A stretch of DNA of 64,000 bases, from NCBI GenBank assembly GCA_965285935.1, contig OZ260661.1:93248001-93312000 (forward strand), given 5' to 3'. Below the pieces are notes generated by a model that saw only the letters and a program-made list of their open reading frames with translations, had not been told where the DNA came from and ran no database searches. This document shows, piece after piece, positions 40,924 through 55,438 of the stretch. Position numbers and translations under genes: made by a program. The stretch comes from Ophelia neglecta (Eukaryota). Numbering within the stretch: the stretch's first letter is position 1; every line of letters begins with the position of its first letter.

Positions 40924-43900
40924 GTAATTGTCTTGATTACGTGTGTAATTATATCTTGTCTGGTGCCAGGATTGCATGATCATGTTTTTGATTTCCTAAG
41001 TTTTGTGTTTGCTGGCTTCCACCAGCTTTGATACAATGATTGATCGGAGTCTTAATGCACTCCTAGAAATGAAAAAAACATCAATTTCTCCTGTCATTCC
41101 GTGTTTTCTTTGAACACAATAATTAGGTGGGTTCTGTTGGTAGTAATTATATTTTGCTGTTGCTAGTAATTATATTTTGCCTAATTATATTTGTCTCTGA
41201 CTATATTTTGCCTGCTCAGAACAGGTGCATTGATCTGTCTAGAATGCACTCTAGTGGTAATTTCCACCGTTCTCTAGGCTCAGTTCAGGAAGCCACCAAG
41301 TGCCTTAGTTGTTGACGTTTCCTCCGAAAACTGTGATAATCCAACCGGCAGATGCTTGAGAAGGCAAAAATATCAGAAAAGCCCGAGATAAGAATACATT
41401 GGTTAGGTATCAGCCCCATTGAGCAGGAATCTTAAAATGCTCTTATTGCATAATACCATCCAATCTACTTTGGTCATATAAAACTTTGTTTATCAATAGG
41501 ATGCTGTTATCATTGGTCAAACAGTGGGTCTGTGATAGAGTGGTCTTATTGTACTAAGAGGCAATGCCTTGTGAATTCCGGGCCTTCTAGGCCGAGCAGG
41601 GCCCATATCTCAGGCTGTATCTTATAATTGACAGCTAGATTTAATGTTATTGGACCTTTGCTGTTTACTTTGATAAATTTAGGGTGTGTAGATATATACC
41701 AAGCATTGACAGGGACAGGTGAAGATTCAGGTGGATGTAGAATACATATACCTGTAGATGTTTGTGTCTGCTATATTTTGTCTTTGAATTCTGGAAGGGT
41801 AAGACTTTTATATTTCTTTAATGTGTGTGTTTCTTTAACGTATGTGTTTTTATTATCATTTTGACAGTATTTTTGGTACAATATTCCTTGAGGTATATGT
41901 GATACAATATTCCTTGTATGTTGATAATGTAGATATTTTCAGTTTGGTGCCATGATTAATTTGATGGTGTTTCAGGAATGTAGTATGGGCAAGTTATCCA
42001 TGAAGTTATAAATTTCTGTATGTAATTTTCCTTGTTAATTACGGGTGGTTATAATTGCCTGCCATATGGTGTGTCTGACAGGTTCAGGGGTATGACCAGT
42101 GGTCAATTGGCCCGTCTCAGCACCCTATTGTCTTACCCCTGACATTGTACCGCCCATGTTTAATGGCACTAGGTCTGTAGCCGGTTCCCACTCTACCGGT
42201 ATGACAGAGGTTATTAATGGACATCATTATGGTTGCCTCGTGATTATTATGGCCTTTTAACCTAGGCACATGAGTGCCCTGAAACAGTAGTTACTGTGGA
42301 ATTATTTCATTTTAATAGTTTAATGATTTAATTGATGTTCATTATCAGTCAGTTAAAGACAATTGGCTGCCAGGTATACAATGAGATTCACCAGTGTGTT
42401 TGTAATGGGCCCAGTTAGCTAATGACCATGTGTTTAAACCGATGTCACAATAGACCAAGTTGTCAATTCAGGCTGCAGTCGGACCCTGTAGTCAGGCTGC
42501 TGACCGGTACTGTTTAACACGTTTATCTGGAGATTATGAATGTGAACATCTGTGCCCTGGGCTAAGCATACAAACTTGACGGGATGGACAGAAGCTAAAA
42601 TGTCCAAATCCCACTGGCAGCAGAAGAAGAGGTCAGTTTGTTTTGGAAATTCTGCCTTGACTGACGCCATTTGTAGATGCTGTGTCTAACTGAGACAAAG
42701 ATAATTCTAGAAGTCATCTTTGTATGATTTGATTATGTATACTAGCTGTTAGCGATCATACAAGTTGTAATAGTTTGTGATGGAATATAAGGATAAGCTT
42801 TACACATATCATCAGTTCATCAGCGTCTTTCAGGTAATGTGTATACTTGTATGTTTATTCCGTGGGCCTACTCCCGGAGATATCCCCTAACACTCTCCAT
42901 TGATGGGCTGGCTTCCTTCCTCATTCACCGTCTAAGGTTCCTCTAACTCAAACATTACCAAACATTGTAATTCCAGGGTTCTGCTATTTACTGAGTATCT
43001 GCAAGCTGACAAAGTTGCTTTAGAAATTGAACAGGTTTTGGTTAGATTCAAGTTACAGTTATATCCTTGGCATTGTAGATCCACCTGGTGAGAGACACAG
43101 TCATGAACAAGTTACCCTCCATGTTGTATTACTACATTTACCATAATTGAGAACCATGAACCTGCTCACCGCATTCCCCAGGTGGATTTGATACATACAA
43201 GTAAATAACAAGGGGGGTTTCTCACCAAATGTCTGGCCACCCTCAGTTTTATACACCTAGTAAGCCAGGCTGCTAATTCCATTGAGGACTGGATGATATC
43301 TCAGTAAAGTACTAGTGCTTCTTTTTAAATACTTGGGAATTGTAACTTTTTTGGCCATTAAGTCTATTTTCCCAGGCATTAAGGAAGGTGTGTGATCACA
43401 GTTCTGACCCTTCAATTGTGATCACCTGTTTTATGTTCTGCTCTGATCTTAGGTTTATTTTCACCAAACCTGTTTTACGGTACAGACAGATTTTACAAGT
43501 ATATGTGGGTCTCCATCTTTCCTTTTTAGCTACAGAGGTCTCACCCAGAATTTTAGTCTTATATCCTAATTGTTTTGAGGGTTTATATGGATATGTAACT
43601 ACAGCTTGATTTTAAATTTGAAAACTGATGTTAAGCATGGAATTCTCACAATATATTCCTTGCTACTTTTTTCTTGGTAGTTTATGGGTACATTTGGAGA
43701 ATGTCTGGAAAGTAATAAACTCCAACGCAGGAAGCAGGAAGAAGTGTTGCTGCTAGTGGGTCATGATTTGTGCCAGGTTGAGCTCGGAATGTTTCCCATA
43801 ATTCTCTCATTGGTAGCTGTTCATTTAGCACAATCCCTGCACGTGCCTTGTGATGGCAAAATCTGTTTGAGCGATGGCAGAGCCTGGTTTAACACGCTCG

Positions 43901-45180
43901 AATGCTGGCCACTTCAATTCACCGACACTTCAGGTGATGAAACTTTCAGAGGTCAGCTAATGTGTGTAATGTAAACAAAATTATGTAAGATATTGGGTTG
44001 AAGCCCTAGAGTCCTAGTCACCTTAAAATGAACATGTGGAAAGTTGTTTGTGCCTTGGCAGATGTCATCAAGCTAAGGGAGTGATTGGAGATAAAATCAT
44101 TTGTGCAGTCAATCCCTAATGGAAGCTGACAGGCTGAGCCTTAAACCTTTCTAAATAACGCCCTGACTAGCTGATTGATTGATTGGGTGATATTGATGAC
44201 TTTTCCATACCCCTTGTATAAAAACAATTCATTTCTGGTAATCAGTCACTCATTTCACATTAACGCTCTTTGAACTTGAGTTTTTTGTAATAATCTACTT
44301 GTTTAAATGGTAACTTTTGGATATTCTTGGTGCTAATATCCATTGAGTTTTTTCAGACCGGAATTATGTGCATTATTATTATTTTTACGCTAGCAGTATT
44401 GATAACAGTACTTGTCTTTGATCTCAGAATAGTCTTTTCTGGGCTGACCCATTTCATAACTCACAGGTCATAAGACAGCTCTCGCCTGTCAGCAGTCCTA
44501 GCACTAGTCTACATTATACTAAAGACACAAAACTTCAACTCCATTCATCACACACATAAATTATGAACTGCATCGTGAGAAGTTCCCAAAAGTTGGTGAT
44601 GAGTGTCTGCGCATCTGGCCTATCTTTCCCCATGAACTCTTCGCTCCATATAATCTATATTTTACATTTTGCCAGTTTTCTAAAGAATGCAGTCAGGCAG
44701 AGTGCTTGCCTCGTCATCCGAGCTATGACTGCTATTACAAGGGTTTTACTGTGATGCCAGCAGACAGCTGTTGTATGTTGTGTTCAGATGATCTCCCAGA
44801 CCACTGTTTTGGCTGGAGACCTTGGAGTATTTAGTACCTGAGATACCGGACCCCCACAGTATCTCTCTCTGTTACTAATGGCTAGGCCTGCCCCTCTAGA
44901 TGGAGGGGTCTTGGTCAGAGAGGAGCTGTTTGTGTGGCTGTAATCTGCCAGAGAGTACACCTAGTAGATCTCTCACTTCCACTTGGCAAAGAACTGTGTA
45001 AGGCTCAGCTGAGCCTCAGCAACAGGCAGTCTGTCAGAGAAAACCAGCTTCTATTATCCTCCCCCCTCAATCCTTTAGGGGGATATAACAGCTTATATTC
45101 CTGGACATTTCCCAGTTAAAAATGTTCTGAAGCAGAAGACTCAGAGGATGATGCTGTAATGTTGTGTGCGGTTTGACATT

Positions 45181-45260
45181 AGGCTGTAGAAGTGGTCTCC
45201 CTGGTGGCTGGTGGTGGTATAGGCTGGAGAAGTGGTCTCCCTGGGGGCCGGTGGTGGTAT
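45181..45260 (+). repeat. 40-bp tandem repeat x2
   Basis: AGGCTG(T/G)AGAAGTGGTCTCCCTGG(T/G)GGC(T/C)GGTGGTGGTAT occurs twice. Confidence 0.85.
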
Positions 45261-47068
45261 ATGTTGATGGGGCACTAGTTTTCTCAGTAGGGACATACTG
45301 CACAGATGTGGTGAAGTGATACTTCTGATGGACTAGACACACGCTCCTTCCGCCAGTCACCACTTGGTGCAGACGACACTAGCCAGAAAACTTGTGCAAC
45401 CACCACTTTATACAAGCTCCTTATCTGTTTGTCATCAGTTTAGCTTGCTAGGTGGGAACTTCGGTATGTCATGAGGTGAGTCTTTCAAAACTATTCCTGG
45501 ATTTGCCATCCGATCTGCCAGGATAATCTTCTAGGCGTTCAGGATAAAAGTGGGAACTACAACATGAGTATCGGTTGACTGCACATCACCCAGCAGACAA
45601 CAATCTGAGAAAACTAGAAGGCTTTGTCATATGGATAGAATCAGAATCTATTTATTCTACTCTCATGCTCTTGCATGTGTTTCACATTGCTTGATATGCC
45701 TGGAAAAAGTTCTAAATGTTTCTGAGTGATCGTTTAGGGAGATACCTGGGACTGGTTTTTGTTTTAGTTGCGTGCGATACCTCTGGCCGGATACCGCTGC
45801 TTTGTAGACCGTGGTCTCGGTAGTCCCCAAGACGGCAGAATAGAGCCGTCCACCGCAGAAAATAAACACTAAACTTCTTTGCATAAGAATCATGTGTATT
45901 TACACAAGCATTGAGCAGAGTAGAGGTGTGCTGATGATAGCTGAATAGGCGCTGATGAATTCCGAATGCACTGGCAATGTCACGAAATGATGGAGAATTG
46001 GGCTCTCAGTTTGTGCTGGCATGCTATTAGATTGGCTTTGTGTAACTAAGGAAGTTCCTGTCCCAACATTGTGACTGGCAGTTATGAAGCAAAAGAACCA
46101 AGATCTATTCTGTGCATGTCGGTAGCCAAATAGCCGAGTTTTCCTTGTGATTTTTGTCAGTGCTATGACTCACATTGTGAGAAGGATGGCTTGGGTGGGC
46201 TAAGGATGTTTCTGTGGGTGGCACGGCAGCCCGCTGACAGTAGCATCTGCTAGGGTTTGTTCTGTACATACAGCCATATAAAAATGCTTAATTGGTGAAT
46301 TACTAATGTGGAATAAAGACAGGTTGCCTTACGCTGTTCAATCTCCTTTAACTTTGTATGCATGTGGGGCTAGGCTGCAGCCACAAGGTCAGTCCCTTAG
46401 AGCTACAAATGAGTATAGCGTCCTCTAGGGGTACATACACAATGGACATATCAAAGAGGTAAATCCCTTATAGAAATCAGCAGCAGTCATCCTGGGTCTT
46501 GGCTCTCCAGAGTTCATCGTCTGCTGACCGTCTTCTGGGCTGAGCTGCATACCAAGCTCCTCACGAGACAAACATGTTTCACTGGCTGCGGGCACAAGGC
46601 TTGGGGTAATTAAATTTCTTGTGGTGCCGATGTAGGCCCGACTTTATTGATCGACACTTGTGACTATTAGGGTATTGAGGGCCCCAATCAGCTTTATGTT
46701 CACCGCTGGAATGCATGGCGGTGCACACTGACGATTGCCTACTGATTGTGCTGGGCTGTCGGGCCGTGCTGCGCATTGTGGCTGCTCCCTGTAGATAGAT
46801 TGCTTCCTGCAGTCGGCAGCGACTGGCTTGACAAGGGATTAACAGCCCACAGAGCGCCAATCGGATTATCAGCTGACTGGCTCCTAGAAGACATTTCTAT
46901 CAGTGGCTTTGCTCCTGTAAGGAGATTGGAGGAGGTGTGAACTGGACATTGCTTCGCAGACCAACGATGGCTTGTACCAGGCTCAGGAATCTGCCTGGCA
47001 TGCTACCAGAACCTGTTGATTAGGATACATTCATGTACATAGAGGTGTGAAGTTGTCAAACAACCACC

Positions 47069-47172
47069 ATGGAGTTACAGGAATCACCAGTGGAGTATCC
47101 CATGCCATCAAAGTCTGGTATGTTAGACCCTCATGGTAGGAGAAAGCTGAAAAAGCTAAGGAAAACTAAAAG
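47069..47172 (+). CDS. prickle: Candidate alternative first coding exon, polybasic N-terminus (MELQESPVEYPMPSKSGMLDPHGRRKLKKLRKTKR)
   Basis: Near-ideal Kozak ccaccATGG, in-frame TGA at 47048-47050, 34 codons + AG|GTATGA (phase 2), in frame with exon 59684. CpG-enriched stretch upstream at about 46560-46980. Confidence 0.62.
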
Positions 47173-50100
47173 GTATGAATTTCCTCTGTTGAGTGGCAGC
47201 TTAATATTATTTTTAGATAATTGAAAAATTCCTGTCTAGTACAAGTAGGAACCCAAATCAGTGTTAGCTCCTGTGAGTCTGTTCCTAAACTACTCATATT
47301 AAAGTTGACATTTCACTGACTTCAAGTTCAGTTATCTGGAGTTAAAACTGGCACATAAGCCATGGTTAAAATAATGTTTTGTAAGTCGAGGCAAAAAAGA
47401 TCCAATGCAGTCTATAGATCAAGCTCATAGGGGTCTAACCCGATCACAGATCGGTTTCCACGGTTTTACCGAGTAAAAGTTTTCAGTTTTTCTTGGCCGA
47501 GATTCAAGTGCTTTTGGAATAAGACCTAGACAGGTTTGCCACCAGCGACAGGAAGGCAAATCACACCTGACGGAGCAGGAGTTTACTTCTCTCTCTAAGA
47601 CAAATACACAAATGTGGGAGTGGATGGCTGCGGCAACCTGGGCCTAGCCACCGGTTAGAGTACGGTTAGTGTACGAGGCCTGGGAGATTATGTGGTCAAA
47701 TAAAACTGGCTCTGTTGTGGGTGCTGGCAGCAATATTGAGGGTTTCAGGTATTAGTAATCAGGCCAGACTGGTTAAGAAGGTCGCACGGGGTCAGAACTG
47801 GCCTGGTCCTTAGATCTCAATGGCCAGTCTGTTAGACCCAGTTTGTTAACTGCAAGGCTGGAGATAAAACCTGTCAGTTAGTGACTGTAATGTATGAACA
47901 AATGGATGCATATCCAATTTGTTGGGCATTAAGGGGCAAGTTAAAACTGCATCTTAACTGCATTGATGAGTGGTGATGCTGTTTTGGCAGGTGTCTCTCA
48001 TCCTGAAGCCAGCAATGGGGGCTCTAATGGAGCTTTGGATATCAGAATGGTGCAAATCTCCATGTATAGGCGCACTCAGTGCCCACTAATGAGGAATTCC
48101 CTTGCCCAGATAGCAACCCACCAGGGAGAGCATGATGGCAGAAAACTTCTGCCAGCTTTGGACGGGATCAAACAGACAATTTGCTGGCAGCGAGATATGA
48201 TCTGCTCCGCTCTTGAGGAGACAAAGCTTGTGGCCCGGATTGGTAATTTCTGTCATGAAGAGCGGCCAACGAGGGACTGAAGCTCAACTGACAGGTTCAT
48301 GCATAACATAGCAGGCCCTGTGCCGTCGTTTTACCATCCGTCACCGTCAGGCCCGATTGAATTGCATTGCATCAACTAATAGAATCACTATTCATTCCGC
48401 TCTCAAAATCCTGGTCTCCACACTGAATTTGTCAGGTCATTCCTAGCCATGCTCTGGCATTGCTAGGAACATGAGTTCCTGAACGGCGGGATCCTAACCC
48501 TAATTTCTATAGTGACTGATGAGCTCTCACCGCAAATCCAATTCCTTTTGATTTGGAGAGTGATTGTGTTTGATTTTTGCTAATGCAGAGTAATCCGTGA
48601 CTGTAGTGTCCAGAATACACTGGCTGTATAATGAATTGGAGACAAACTGCCATCAACATCTATCATGTGACCATCCTCATTGAATGGCAATGGATGTGGC
48701 TGTATTTGCTATGATAATTGCTACAATGTTTTAAGAGTCGTGTATACACTTCCATGTAGCTTTATCATGGCATTGGTATATGATTGGACTAAGGTTAATA
48801 AGTCTGCTTGTAAACAATCAGACCGTTGTCACACTTAGGACAATCAAGTTAACAACCTTTGTAGCTACGTACATGGTGTCATCATATCTACGGTCTCCTG
48901 GCACCTCCTATCTGTATCAGCAGAATTCAGTTCGTGTCAACACAGGCTTCTCAGCAGTTACTGTAGTACTGTCTTCATTGAGATTCCAGTCCTTCCAGTC
49001 TCCTGGAGACGTCTCCTGGAGACGCCCAGGACAGCTCAGTGCTGTAATTGTTGGTCTTGTTACAATATGCAGGACATCCACCATCGGGCAGGGCTAATGC
49101 TGAGCAATTCTTTGGATCCCTCTTTGATAAATGTTAATGTGATTCATATATCTAGCCACATTGCAGTCATTTGTTGCAAACTAACCTGGCTACAGTTCCT
49201 AGCCTTGGGAAGAATACCATAGCAACCTGCTGAGTTATTAGGCAGAAAAATGTATGATTAGTCCTAAAGAATGTGAGAGATCATCTACCTAAGCCGGATC
49301 TGACCATTGGTCAGTACTTTAATGGCCATTGTAGTCATTTATCAGCTTGGAACATGACATTTGGTTCTGCCATCAATTTGTTATAGCCATTCTATTTGGC
49401 AATTCTTCCACAGATATGGTTTTATGAGATATTTCCTCAGATTTGGCCTGTGACAATGTTGTTTGAGTCATCACAAGAGACCAAATGAGCACTACATTTG
49501 TCCTCTTGTATTCTCAGCAAAAGTTGCTTACTTGTCAAAGTGAATTTGTAAATTAGTTCTGAATGAGCCCTCCCCCCCCCCCCCCCAAGTCTTCTTGTGT
49601 CCCCTGTCTTCCTGTGTGAGGACTTGGTCACCCTTAGGAGGTGTGCTGTGTTGAGTACCCCCTGGTGTAACCAAACTGTGAGGCCTGCAGGGCCTTACAG
49701 GGCCCTGGAGAGTCCTACCTGTCAGCCTCTTTACACCTCACACTTCCTAGTGTAATCCCTGTTGTCAGCTGTTGGCTAACACTGCACACTTGCTGAGCTC
49801 CATCTCATGTGGGCTGATCCCCATTCCACTGTATTGCTCCCATCTCAGAAATGAATGCTGACAGTTTGCTGAAATTAAACGCATTTCATCCTTGTGTTTT
49901 CACTGGGTTTCAACGCCTCTAGTGTAATAAACCCTAAGGGAAATTCTTATATTCAGTTTTCAAATATTGACTTCCGTTGGCAAAGGAAAGCCAATTCAGG
50001 GTGGTTAAAGGTAGCTTATTATGACAGCTTGTCTTGGTTGACTCGCTCTAATACAGCTCCAGAGGAGGTGCTGCTCATCCTCACACACTGGGCTGCTTGG

Positions 50101-52154
50101 CTTTCCTCCAACTGATGGAGTTTGTTTTGGGTCAATAAATGAGCACGGAGATGCAGCAGGGAAGTTAATGCAAGAATGAGAGTGTTCAAATGATGTGCCA
50201 CCAGAGCTGCTATGGAGAATTTCATGTTAGAAATGAGCATTGAAGGTTAAAGATACATTTTATGTTTTAACACTTTCAGTGCAGTCGGAAAATTGTTAAA
50301 TACGCATATAATCAGCCCTGGCAGAAATCCCGGTTTGTTCCAGTAAAGTGTTTTCTGGTTTCACAAATCCCAGAGCTACTCTGTAATCTGATTTCAAGCT
50401 TTTACATTTATCAAATGATTGAATTTTTTCGTGCGGTTCGACGCAGAATTCTCTCACCAACAAAATCCATTTCTTTGGTGCAGACCGGATCTGTTGTAGT
50501 GGTCATGGAGAAGTGAACGAGCTGAATCCAGCAAAAGACTGCTTTTAGCCTAGCGTTGGCGCTGTGATATGCATGTAAATACAAAAATGGGGAAAAAACT
50601 GGTGCAATTTATAAAACAATCCAGCAAAAGCACTTGTATAGACTGTAAAGAAGTATTGCTTGCATGTTTAGATTGAATTTACAAATATTTATTAGACAAC
50701 TGTAGCCGAATTGTAAGTTAAGTAAGTGCCAATCTCATACGTGAGGGCCAACTGCCTTGGATTGTGGGGCTTTACTGTCTTGTATTAGAGTACCATTATA
50801 AATGGCCCTCATGGTACTGAACATGTTAAATTTAATACTGAATCTTTCTGTCTTAAGAAGGAATCTATAATCTTTCAGTTTCTTGATATACACATGGACA
50901 TGCACATTTTGTACATTGAAAGTGCTTGAAACAGTTTACTCTCTGAATTTTTTCATGAGCAAGAGATAGAGAAGGCTCCTTGGAATGAGGCCAGTAGAAT
51001 TGCAGGACAGGCATTACTTTATTTTTACACTGTGTATTAGTGGATAAATCAGTATTGATTGATGTCTGAGTGATTGACCAGTTTGGAGGAGATGTATGGC
51101 AGGTGTACTGTAGCTGATGGCCTTCTCCTGTACAGTGGGAGGTATTATTTTATGATCGTGCCTCTGATCATCCGTCTAATGGCAGTGTTTGGCCACTCAC
51201 AGTTCATAGCTCATTTCACCTGAATTCCTTCACCATAACCTCATAACACTCAATGGCGCAGAGGAAAAGAGTTTTTTCCTGCCAATTTTCATACAAGTTC
51301 AATAGACCCAGGCCTGGTTGGGCAGACATAATACAAATCACAGACCGGCTTTCACCAAATTGATTTGTGTATTTGTTATTAGGCAGTTTAATGGGGGCAA
51401 TTTCTCAAACTTTTCACTTTGACCCTTGACCAAATGAATAAAATTAGCCGCTTCTGGATACTGTGGCTGCTGGCTAGTCCATCAAGGCTTCATTTGTAGT
51501 CATCTGGCTGGAGAAATCTCCATTACCTTCTTCAGTAATCACCCAAACTAATATAGCATGCTCCATTGCTTGCTAACTGCAGGCTGACGATGGTGTGACG
51601 ATGAAGCTAGCAGCCCTGACGTGTTGAGTCCAGCATGCCCAGCGTGCTGAGTCCACCATGCCCAGCCCATTGCCCAGGCCATTGCCCGGCCATGGCTGGT
51701 CTTATTTTGTACTGATCAAATTCCCAGCTATACTCACTAAAGTTTGGGCTGCTGCACACTTCGCCTGATCATCGGTTGGAATATTCATATTCAGCAAAAT
51801 AATATGAATGAAAGTGTTGATAATAATACAAAATAAAAGAGTAAAACTACTGTAAACTGCTGTTAACAGTGAAAAGGAAAAAAGAAAATTATGAGGTTGA
51901 AAAAATAACCCACTGTAAGTGAATAACTAGTGTTATATAGGGCACTCCATTTAGAGAGTCATATTTTATTAATTTGTCAACAAAATGGCCCTGTAGCAAA
52001 TAGATGCTCTGGTTTTCTATACATCAGGTGTTTTATTGCAGTATAAATGCCCTCTTATCATAATGGAATCCTAATGAGAACCCTTCCTAACACATCATGC
52101 CATCCTACCATCCTCACCTGCTATCACAAGCTAATGCCGCGGTGGAAAATAGCA

Positions 52155-52217
52155 AAATCCGTCTGATTGTCTCTGAAATCCTTCTGATTGTCTCTGAAAT
52201 CCGTCTGATTGTCTCTG
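52155..52217 (+). repeat. 21-bp tandem repeat x3 (AAATCCGTCTGATTGTCTCTG)
   Basis: Three units with one substitution. Confidence 0.9.
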
Positions 52218-55200
52218 ACGCCTAACATGTGAGATTTTGATCAATCATGTTCTAATAAAGTGCCCTATCAGAACTGTGTTCAATGCAGGACTTACCAGTC
52301 ATGATAGATCCAGCGAACCGGTAGACAGAATTGAGGGAAATTCATGTCGAATTTGAAGCCCCTATCAATGAATGGTCCCTTCTATCCTGCTGTCTTTCTT
52401 TGTCTTTTAATGGTGTTTTTATTCCTGATAAAAACAATCAATATTAATATATTTTTATTGAGCATGAAAGCCTTACAGAGCTACTGATCCTGTTGATATG
52501 ACATGCTCGTATTAAGGCCTATTGTACAGTGATTGAAGAGAATAGAAATGTGATAAATGTGAAATATCTAGTTGGCACTTAAAAGAGGGATATCAGCCAA
52601 TATTCCATCTAGCTAATCACCTATTTAATTGAATTAAGAAAGGTTTTTTTGATGGGTAATGAATACAGGAATTGATGAGGACTGCCAGCCCACTATTATA
52701 GGTCCAAATGATGATCAGGGACTGAGTGATGGGAGGTTACATCACAATTGTTCAGGGGCACCCGGCAATGTGGGGTTCATATCTTATTTATGTCAGTTAA
52801 AATGAGCACATGGCTGCTAATACGTAGATAGACTTGCAGGCTGTCCTGCTATTTTGTCAATTTTGGTATTTTCTGCACTTAACTCGAAATAAACTTCTCT
52901 GTGAAGTGGGGATCAGCTGACTTGAATTCTGGTAAATGTGCCCATAAACAATGAACAAGTGACATGGTCCCTGAAATTACTCCCGGCTTAAATTGGTCTC
53001 ATATTGTTGTTAGACCAGCAGAGAGCAAGTGGTAGAGAATATTACTGTTTTATGTCGCTGCCCTCTGGCATACAAACGCCAAGTTAGTTGGGCATGCTCG
53101 GTACTTTTTATGTTTTTGTTTATCGGCACTCTGAATTTGTCCCGTGGGAGTCTGCACCCCTATCTGGGACCTAATAGGAACCATCACACAGTACTGAAAT
53201 CTGCCGAGGGGCTTCCAGTCAACAGTTGGCTGATCAAAAGGAAGTTGGAGAGCAGTGTTTCAGGACTGAAGCTCACCTGTCTACATAGGTAATATATCAG
53301 GGATTGCTGACTGGGCCAGTCTGGGTGGAGTGGATTGGAGCATTCCTGTAAAGCTGTGTGTGTCAGACTCAGGTAGGCCGGGAGCAGTGGATGGGGGGAC
53401 TGGGGGCTGACGGCTCACCTCTCTACAGACAGGCAGAGCAGGCAAGTTATCTCAGGTAGGAAGCAGTGGATGGGGGAGGGGGGGGGGGCAATATAAAGGG
53501 CAAGCTCAGGGGCTGATTAGCCTGATCAGGGCACAGGTGTGGCAGAGTAAACATTGGCATTGACATCCTAAAATGTCAGGATAATCTGTGGCACCCCACG
53601 TTCTATCTGAGAGGAGATAGAAGGAAGACCTTTCCAAAGAACACATTGTCCTGGGGTGGAAAAGTATGGCTTGTCCTAGTATCAGGCTGGGAGGGGTGAA
53701 CTGTACATGGAGAAATGTATTGACACTGGAGTAATATACTTATCCTATCAGCTCAATTATCTGGAAAGCAAAACTGATACTAGTAGGCTATGTTGCTGTA
53801 GTCAGAAGACAAGGAGGCATGCCTTCATATAGGGTGATATCATATTGAAGAAATTAGAATCTTTAGAAACGCACTAAGAAAGATCTGGGTGTTAGAGCTA
53901 TAGTATTTAATCAATTTTTTGCTGAATTTAAAAAAGAAAACAAGACACCCCCCCCCTTCACCCACTCCCATTTTACCAGACAAACACATGGAAGTGTTGT
54001 CCCCACATCTGCCAGTCAGTTCTGTTGACCTGGCTTGTGCACAGCTGACCCCAGTTTCCTGCCTTTGCCCTGAAGCCCAGGTATGTCCTTACTCCTGATT
54101 GTGTTAACAGCCCAGCACAGGCTACCCAGTCACAATCAATACAAATCAGTTCACCTTCAGACTGGCTTACCATCGTCTCAGGCAGATTAACCAACAAAAG
54201 TGTGCTGGCTTGTACTTTACCTTGACTCAAGCCTTGTCTTAAGTGGAATAGGAACTGAAAGAATTGGCAGCAGTGTGCCCACTCCGTTTGGAGCATGTTG
54301 GCCTACGGTAATGTGTAACTAAACAAAGAGGCTAATTACGTTTACCAAGCCTTACAGACTGCAGGACTTGTCTTGAAAGATGATGAATTAAGGGCTAGAA
54401 GGGTTGGGTAAATATTCAACACCAAGGATATCCTTCCTCTAAGTGGTAGAAAGTTGCGACACATTCTTGACTTTGGTGCAGTTTTTGCACACGTCAAACT
54501 CTTGCAGACTCTCCATGCTTTCAGCAACACATTAGCCAGGTTTTTCCGTGTTCACCCACATGCCTCTTTTGAATGGCTCCAGTGTAATATGAAAAGGATT
54601 TTTTGCAAATTCTAATGCATCTTGCAAAAAATTGCCTGTAAGCGCGGTATTTACAAAGAGTACATTGACAAGCTTGTTGTTAGCTTGGGTCTCAGTAAAC
54701 TGCTCAGCAGCCGAGTGGGACAGTATACAAGGGTTAAAATAGACACAAACGAGGCTGCAAGGACCTCGATTGTTCAGCTGTAGTCCAAGGGTGGGTATTC
54801 AAAAAATGCTTTAAATTCAATCTTGGTTCTTAACATCAAATATTAGCTAGACACTTAAACTTTTATTTAGGAAGGCAAGGAGGTCATCCAATTTCAGGGG
54901 ACCCTTGTACATCCACAACTGAGAAGTTTACAGGGTCTGGTCTTACCCCAGTAATATGGCAAATGATAACGGACTTTTGACATTTCAATCTAGGCAGACT
55001 ATCTCTGCACATCACCAATAACAGCATCCCTAGGATTCCATTGAGTTTCCTCGACTAACATATGGAGCTGCAGGGTTTTTTGTGTTGATATAACTGTAAT
55101 ATCAAGCTGGGATCATCTGTGTGGTCAGAGATCATTGAGCCACAATTGCCGAAATACACATTTCCTGGTGGTCACCTATGTACCAATGTTTTCAGTCTTG

Positions 55201-55438
55201 GAGTATTAAACCAGGTACCTGTGCATTACATTTTCCCCTCATAAAACCTCACTTTGTCTGGTGCCAACCTGTCTTTGCCGGTGTTTTTATATGTAATAGG
55301 ACTAGAGAAAAAACCTAGTGAAATCTTCTACTCTGTTGCTTGTCTGTAAATGAGCTAGGCAGACACCTCTTGATTGCAGGAATTGAATCAGCTTTTTGTA
55401 CGGACATAAAAGAAACTTCAGCTTGCACTGCGGCTATG

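Noticed and set aside
48998-49023. Tandem pair of a 13-bp near-palindrome GTCTCCTGGAGAC
   Set aside because: Single small local duplication with no other copies or context.
53029-53292. ORF ending AG|GTAATA in phase 2
   Set aside because: The in-frame ATG sits in a T-rich poor context and the donor is weak; not distinguishable from chance.
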